Shown here one piece after another: positions 6,801 through 10,109 of a stretch of 10,109 bases of DNA. The stretch is from Candidatus Methylomirabilia bacterium. GTDB lineage: Bacteria > Methylomirabilota > Methylomirabilia > Rokubacteriales > CSP1-6. The stretch lies in assembly GCA_041492755.1 (NCBI GenBank), contig JBGPXN010000168.1, forward strand, positions 1-10,109, in the 5' to 3' direction. The stretch's first letter is position 1. Every line of letters begins with the position of its first letter. The notes below the pieces were generated by a model, which searched no databases, was not told the origin of the DNA, and saw nothing but the letters and a program-made list of their open reading frames with translations. The position numbers were made by a program, and so were the translations under genes.

Positions 6801-9308
6801 GCCGAGCAGATGGCGCGCGCGCACCGATCCGACGCCGCTCCGCTCGCTCAGCCGCGGCGACAGGCCGCGGCCGCGTTACCGCCGAGCGTGGTGAGCCTGC
6901 GGCCCCACCTCGAGCTCTTCAACGGCCTGGGTGGCTTCGAGCGGGATGGACGCGAGTACGTGACTGTCCTCGGCGAGGGGCGGTGGACGCCGGCGCCGTG
7001 GATCAACGTGATCGCGAATCCGAACTTCGGCTTCGCGGTCTCCGAGTCGGGCTCGGGCTACACGTGGTCGGTCAACAGCCGCGAGAACCAGCTCACCTCG
7101 TGGTCGAACGATCCGGTCAGCGATCCGCCGGGCGAGACCATCTACGTCCGGGATGAAGAGACCGGAGATCTGTGGGGACCGACGGCGCTCCCGATCCGCG
7201 AGACCTCGCCCTACGTCATCCGGCACGGGCAGGGGTACACGCGCTTCGAGCACGCCTCCCACGGCATCGCGCTCGAGCTGCTGCAGCTCGTGCCGCTCGA
7301 CGACTCCATCAAGATCTCGCGTCTCACGCTGATCAACGAGTCCGGGCGCCCGCGGCGGCTGTCGGTGACCGCCTACGTCGAGTGGGTCCTCGGCGTGTCG
7401 CGGCCGGCCGCCGTGCCGTTCGTCGTCACCGAGATCGACGGTAAGACGGGTGCGATGTTCGCGCGCAACGCGTGGAGGCGCGAGTTCGGCGCTCGCGTCG
7501 CCTTTGCCGACCTCGGCGGGACTCAAACGGCGTGGACCGCAGACCGGGCGGAGTTTCTCGGGCGCAACGGCTCGCCGGATCATCCGGCGGGGCTCGCGCC
7601 ACGACACCGGTTCTCGGGGCGCGTCGGTGCCGGCCTGGATCCGTGCGGCGCGCTCCAGGCGACGATCGCGCTGCCGGCTTCCGGCCGAGCGGAGGTCGTG
7701 TTCTTCCTCGGCGAGGCGGCGAGCACCGAGGAGGCGAGGGAGTTGATCGTTCGCTACCGGAGCCGTGAGGTGGCGGCGATCGTGCGGGCGGTCGGCGAGC
7801 GTTGGGACGACGTGCTCGGCACCGTGCAGGTCAAGACGCCTGACCGCTCCATGGACCTCTTGCTCAATCGCTGGCTGCTGTACCAGACGCTCGCGTGTCG
7901 GATCTGGGCGCGGTCGGCGTTCTACCAGGCCGGTGGGGCGTACGGATTTCGCGATCAGCTCCAGGACGTGATGGCGCTCGCGGTGGGCGAGCCCGAGCTG
8001 ACGCGGCAGCACGTGCTCCGCGCCGCCGCGCAGCAATTCGGCGAGGGCGACGTCCAGCACTGGTGGCACCCGCCCAGCGGTCGCGGCGTCCGTACCCGGA
8101 TCTCCGATGACCTGCTCTGGCTCCCCTACGTCGTCGCCGGATACGTCGAGGTCGCCGGCGATGATACGGTTCTCGACGAGGTCGTCCCCTTCCTCGACGG
8201 GCCGAGGCTCGCGGTCGGACAGGCCGAGTCGTACTTCGAGCCGCGCGCCTCCGACGAGCGAGGCACGCTCTTCGAGCATTGCGCTCGCGCTCTCGACCAC
8301 AGCCTGACCGCCGGCACGCACGGCCTGCCGCTGATGGGGACCGGGGACTGGAACGATGGGATGAACGAGGTGGGCGCCGAAGGGAAGGGTGAGAGCGTCT
8401 GGCTCGGCTGGTTCCTTCACGCCGTGCTATCCGAATGGGCGAAGCTGGCCGACGCCCGCGGGGAGGGCAAGCGCGCCGAGAGCTGGCGTCGCTACGTGAG
8501 CGCGCTGAAGGAGTCGCTCGAAGAGGCGTGGGACGGCAACTGGTATCGGCGCGCCTACTTCGATGATGGGACGCCGCTCGGCGCCGCGGTCAACGACGCA
8601 TGCCGCATCGATTCGATCGCGCAGTCCTGGAGCGTGATCTCGGGAGCGGCCGACCCCGCACGCCAGGCGCGCGCCATGGCGGCCGTCGACGAGCACCTCG
8701 TGCGTCGTGCGGACGGCGTCGTGCTGCTCTTCACGCCGCCGTTCGGCGAGACGTCCCTGGAGCCCGGCTACGTCAAGGGGTATCTGCCGGGCGTCCGGGA
8801 GAACGGTGGGCAGTATACGCATGCGGCGATCTGGTCGGTGATCGCCTTCGCGACGCTCGGTGACGGAGACAAGGCCGCCGAGCTCTTCGCGATGTTGAAT
8901 CCGATCAACCACGCCCGCACCGGGGCGGGCGTCGAACGCTACAAGGTCGAGCCGTACGTGGTGGCGGCGGACGTCTACGCCGAGCCACCGCACGTCGGCC
9001 GCGGGGGCTGGACGTGGTACACGGGATCAGCGGGCTGGATGTATCGGGCCGGGCTGGAGTCGATTCTGGGGTTCCGGCTGCGCGGGGTGCGGCTCGTGAT
9101 GGATCCGTGTATCCCGCGTGCGTGGCCCGGCTTCGAACTGGTATTCCGTTACCGCTCCGCGCGCTACGAGATCGTCGTGGAGAACCCGAAGGGCGTGTCG
9201 CGAGGAGTGTCGTCAGTGGAGCTCGATGGCGTCTCCCTCGCCGGCGATCTCAGCATCGGGCTCGCCGGTGACGGGCAAACACATCGCGTCCGAATCGTCC
9301 TCGGCTGA
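795..9308 (+). CDS. ndvB: Cyclic beta-1,2-glucan synthase (Cgs/NdvB/ChvB), up to 2837 aa; exact start uncertain (795-861)
   Basis: Uninterrupted 8.5-kb ORF. N-terminal PIRAELF-x2-ERLEQHA and AEWLVDNF. Hydrophobic segments at ~2049-2198 and ~3240-3740. GT84 motifs WERKRGKL (2574), YVITLDADT (2679), YQDLWGEGSYTGKGIYD, SHDLFEG (3030) and RQHRW (3129). Cyclase-domain motifs PPDNFQE (3870), RTSPTNIG, YDLLASEAR (4677), SWSGSMFEYLMP (4806) and MAHHQGM (5229). GH94 motifs GFRDQLQD (7944), GDWNDG (8343), ENGGQYTHAA (8799) and GRGGWTWYTGS (8997). Confidence 0.95.
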   Translation: MLDPRHARRDRKGPDLFRGEDPVSAWQSLEDPIRAELFGIERLEQHAESLAAAQGVVAGRGRRLLPRVEDNGRVLRESYRVIASAIREERAITPAAEWLVDNFHVVDEQLREIRDDLPPGFYRELPKLVEGPLAGYPRVYGIAWAFVAHTDSRLDPELLRRFLHAYQRVQPLTIGELWAVAITLRVVLVENLRRLAESIVRGRAARQEADALADELLGVGDDGAVAPTAGGLARFESSRLVTAFAVQLVQRLREQDRAVTPALLWLDQRLEAQGTTSDDIVRVEHQRQAAMNVTVRNVIMSMSLMSALDWTEFFESVSLVDEVLQAGPSYAAMDFATRDAYRHAVEEFARGSGRHELQVARAAMAYAHRPDGADDDRRNDPGFHLIGPGRLAFELTLGYRAPPMLRLLRAYLGAATPGYLGTIAVLSGVMFTLPLLAAGASGVGPVSLLVLALLAVVPASDLAIALLNRSVTALVRPGVLPRLELRDGVPPHLRTMVVVPMLLAGGTEVEEQIERLEVHYLANPDGDLHFAILSDWTDATTENVPGDDETLAAAREGIARLNRRHGAAPDGGERFLLFHRRRLWNARERVWMGWERKRGKLHELNRLLRGATDTSFLPPGAVAPAGIRYVITLDADTRLPRGAVDRLVGTMAHPLNRPRFDPGGQRVVEGYAVLQPRVTPPLPGREGSFFQRLSSGPAGIDPYAAAVSDVYQDLWGEGSYTGKGIYDVDAFEAALAGRVPENALLSHDLFEGVFARAGLVTDVELFESAPSHYGVAAARQHRWARGDWQLLPWILGRRIPVIGRWKMLDNLRRTVSAPAAFLTLVVAWMVPGTSPTMWSGFIVATVALPLLLPVLGGVIPHRHGISKRSYARAVGRDVVLAASQIGLTLTMLTYQAWLMGDAIVRTLVRVYVTRRRLLEWMTAAQAKAGLRLDLGGFCRRMAGGVALAVAAGAAVAWGRPEAWTAALPFLLLWAAAPAVARWISVPRSTAPARPLSAADARALRLVARRTWRFFATFVGPDDHALPPDNFQETPSPVVAHRTSPTNIGLYLLSTVAAHDFGWLGALDTVEHLEATLETMNALERFRGHFYNWYDTKHCYPLEPKYVSSVDSGNLAGHLIALAHACEEMIDRPVLHRAALGGIEDTALLVRLSALEASGDARPRTLTYERLDEALDAVTAAVQEPPGDSSEWASRLAALKAHARTVMDSARALADEEPGSAYADVLVWAKALCVTVDSHVGDLGVADTLARRQTLLARSARAMAGAMDFGFLFDPMRKLFAIGYRVTDGALDSSRYDLLASEARVASFVAIAKGDVPVSHWFRLGRALTPVEQDSVLVSWSGSMFEYLMPALVMRAPAGSLLEQTARLVVGRQITYGAERGVPWGVSESGYNVRDLEMTYQYSNFGVPGLGLRRGLSEDVVIAPYATGLAAMIDPTAAMQNFRRLAAAGGSGAYGFYEALDYTAARLPEADEVAVVRAYMAHHQGMVVVAIANALHDGAMRARFHAEPSVQATELLLQERTPRDVAVARPRAEEVHAVGDVREFVPPVERSFTTPHGSLPRTQLLSNGRYAVMLTTAGSGYSRCRDLAITRWREDVTRDAWGTYVFLRDVASGESWSAGYQPRGSEPDSYTVTFSEDRAEIVRRDRAIGTTLQVIVSPEDDAEVRRVSLTNFGTRSREIELTSYAEVVLATPAADAAHPAFSNLSVETECVPELDTLLATRRPRSRGEAPVWLAHVVVVEGETVGDLEWETDRARFLGRGRQIRTPAAVIDGRALSNTIGAVLDPVVSLRRRVRLPPGDTARITFSTLVAPSRAEALGLAEKYRDASTFDRVATLAWTQAQVQQHYLGIGPDEAHLFQSLASRIVYSDRVLRPAADVLARHTGGPQALWAHGISGDLPIVLVQIDEPEDVGLVRQLLRAHEYWRMKQLAVDLVILNERAPSYVQDLQSLLETLLRTSQSAGTHDGPEPHGKVYIVRADRVTAPQRDVLQSVARAVLSSRRGTLAEQMARAHRSDAAPLAQPRRQAAAALPPSVVSLRPHLELFNGLGGFERDGREYVTVLGEGRWTPAPWINVIANPNFGFAVSESGSGYTWSVNSRENQLTSWSNDPVSDPPGETIYVRDEETGDLWGPTALPIRETSPYVIRHGQGYTRFEHASHGIALELLQLVPLDDSIKISRLTLINESGRPRRLSVTAYVEWVLGVSRPAAVPFVVTEIDGKTGAMFARNAWRREFGARVAFADLGGTQTAWTADRAEFLGRNGSPDHPAGLAPRHRFSGRVGAGLDPCGALQATIALPASGRAEVVFFLGEAASTEEARELIVRYRSREVAAIVRAVGERWDDVLGTVQVKTPDRSMDLLLNRWLLYQTLACRIWARSAFYQAGGAYGFRDQLQDVMALAVGEPELTRQHVLRAAAQQFGEGDVQHWWHPPSGRGVRTRISDDLLWLPYVVAGYVEVAGDDTVLDEVVPFLDGPRLAVGQAESYFEPRASDERGTLFEHCARALDHSLTAGTHGLPLMGTGDWNDGMNEVGAEGKGESVWLGWFLHAVLSEWAKLADARGEGKRAESWRRYVSALKESLEEAWDGNWYRRAYFDDGTPLGAAVNDACRIDSIAQSWSVISGAADPARQARAMAAVDEHLVRRADGVVLLFTPPFGETSLEPGYVKGYLPGVRENGGQYTHAAIWSVIAFATLGDGDKAAELFAMLNPINHARTGAGVERYKVEPYVVAADVYAEPPHVGRGGWTWYTGSAGWMYRAGLESILGFRLRGVRLVMDPCIPRAWPGFELVFRYRSARYEIVVENPKGVSRGVSSVELDGVSLAGDLSIGLAGDGQTHRVRIVLG
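2270..3230 (+). other. GT84 glycosyltransferase domain of Cgs (approximate bounds)
   Basis: DxD (GAC GCC GAC, 2694-2702), SHD (3030-3038) and RxxRW (3129-3143) form the D,D,D,(Q/R)xxRW signature of processive beta-glycosyltransferases. The region lies between the two membrane-helix clusters. Confidence 0.85.
3780..5360 (+). other. Cyclisation (GH189, GH144-related, 'glycoamylase'/DUF3131-like) domain of Cgs (approximate bounds)
   Basis: ARRTWRFF, PPDNFQE, GHFYNWYDT, SSVDSGNL, LLASEAR, PWGVSESGY, YQYSNFGVPGLG, APYAT, GFYEALDYT and MAHHQGM appear in the expected order. Confidence 0.8.
5470..9305 (+). other. C-terminal GH94 phosphorylase region: two beta-sandwich modules plus catalytic domain (approximate bounds)
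   Basis: Module 1 starts at LLSNGRYAVMLTTAGSGYS (5481) and module 2 at TPAPWINVIANPNFG...GSGYT (6987). Catalytic motifs RDQLQD, GDWND and ENGGQYTHAA follow. Confidence 0.85.
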
Positions 9309-9317
9309 GGCGGCGAC

Positions 9318-9354
9318 GGCGACCACGAAGGGCGGAAGCCCCTCCGTGGTCGCC
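9318..9354. terminator. Stem-loop between convergent cgs and groEL; possible bidirectional terminator or 3' stabiliser lacking a U-tract
   Basis: GGCGACCACG (9318-9327) and CGTGGTCGCC (9345-9354) are perfect complements, with an inner GGGC/GCCC stem and a GGAA loop (9334-9337). The hairpin sits 9 nt from each stop codon. There is no poly-T on either side. Confidence 0.6.
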
Positions 9355-9363
9355 AACCACTAA

Positions 9364-10109
9364 TTAGAACCCTCCGTCGTGCCCCATCCCCATGGACTCG
9401 TGCGCCTTCCCGGCCTCCGGGAGGTCCGCAATGAGGGCTTCGGTCGTGAGGAGCAGCGATGCGATCGATGCCGCATTCTGCAGCGCGACCCGCTCGACCT
9501 TGGTCGGGTCGATGATGCCGGCCTTCATCATGTCGACATACTCGTTGGTCTCGGCGTCGAAGCCGCGCGTGATCGGGACCGCCGCCCGGACCTTTTCGAC
9601 GACCACGGAGCCCTCGAGCCCGGCGTTCTCCACGATCTGCCGGATCGGCTCCTCGAGGGCGCGCCGCACGATGCTGACGCCGGTGCCCTCGTCGCCCGAG
9701 AGCTTGAGGCTGTTGAGCGCCTCCGCCGCGCGCAGCAGCGCCACGCCGCCGCCGGGCACGATCCCTTCTTCGACGGCCGCCCGCGTAGCGTTGAGCGCAT
9801 CCTCGACCCGCGCCTTCTTCTCCTTCATTTCGGTCTCGGTGGCCGCTCCGACCTTGATGACGGCGACGCCACCCGCCAGCTTGGCGAGTCGCTCCTGGAG
9901 CTTCTCCCGGTCGTAATCCGAGGTCGTCTCCTCGATCTGCGCCCGGAGCTGCTTGATGCGGCCCTGGATGTCCTTGGTGTTGCCGGCGCCCTCGATGATG
10001 GTGGTGTTGTCCTTGTCCACGACCACCTTCTTGGCGCGGCCGAGGTCGTCGAGCTTGAGGTTCTCGAGCTTGATCCCGAGGTCTTCCGTGATCGCCTTGC
10101 CGGCGGTCA
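9364..10109 (-). CDS. groEL: Chaperonin GroEL (Cpn60), 3' ~247 codons; the 5' part lies beyond the window
   Basis: The frame is open to the window edge: [40 protein letters not shown]..., [63 protein letters not shown] and [11 protein letters not shown] stop at 9366-9364. The ORF-track start at 10026 is an internal Val. Confidence 0.98.
   Translation of the reverse strand, partial: TAGKAITEDLGIKLENLKLDDLGRAKKVVVDKDNTTIIEGAGNTKDIQGRIKQLRAQIEETTSDYDREKLQERLAKLAGGVAVIKVGAATETEMKEKKARVEDALNATRAAVEEGIVPGGGVALLRAAEALNSLKLSGDEGTGVSIVRRALEEPIRQIVENAGLEGSVVVEKVRAAVPITRGFDAETNEYVDMMKAGIIDPTKVERVALQNAASIASLLLTTEALIADLPEAGKAHESMGMGHDGGF

Noticed and set aside
5564..7156. 530-aa plus-strand alternative-frame ORF (also 2564-3496, 4364-5362 and similar)
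   Set aside because: Arg/Gly/Ala/Pro-rich low-complexity translations inside cgs. The main frame is uninterrupted, so no frameshift needs invoking.
5470..9308. Calling the large ORF a cellobiose or chitobiose phosphorylase
   Set aside because: The GH94 part is fused to GT84, membrane and cyclase domains, which is the Cgs architecture.
9392..9916. 174-aa plus-strand ORF and the 9528-9800 alternative-frame ORF
   Set aside because: Shadow frames of groEL.
1..10109. CRISPR array, IS/transposase, integrase, tRNA/rRNA, CIRCE element
   Set aside because: I saw no regularly spaced repeats, recombinase motifs or RNA-gene signatures. The groEL promoter region is outside the window.

Overview
High-GC bacterial window with four protein-coding genes. 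A YaiI/YqxD (UPF0178) gene on the minus strand (11-463) diverges across a 200-bp, inverted-repeat-rich spacer from a probable two-gene operon. That operon is a 66-aa stand-alone winged-helix-like protein (664-864) overlapping an intact ~2,837-aa cyclic beta-1,2-glucan synthase (Cgs/NdvB/ChvB; GT84 synthase + cyclase + GH94 phosphorylase; 795-9308). A long hairpin without a U-tract separates cgs from the convergent 3' part of a groEL gene (9364->10109) with a non-canonical C-terminal tail. The large genes belong to known families. The least-explained parts are the Cys-containing mini-wHTH coupled to cgs, the ambiguous cgs start, and the structured 464-663 spacer (11-bp palindrome, SD-covering hairpin, Arg-rich micro-ORF abutting yaiI). 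I saw no mobile element, CRISPR array, tRNA or rRNA. A Candidatus Rokubacteria-like host is my guess only.
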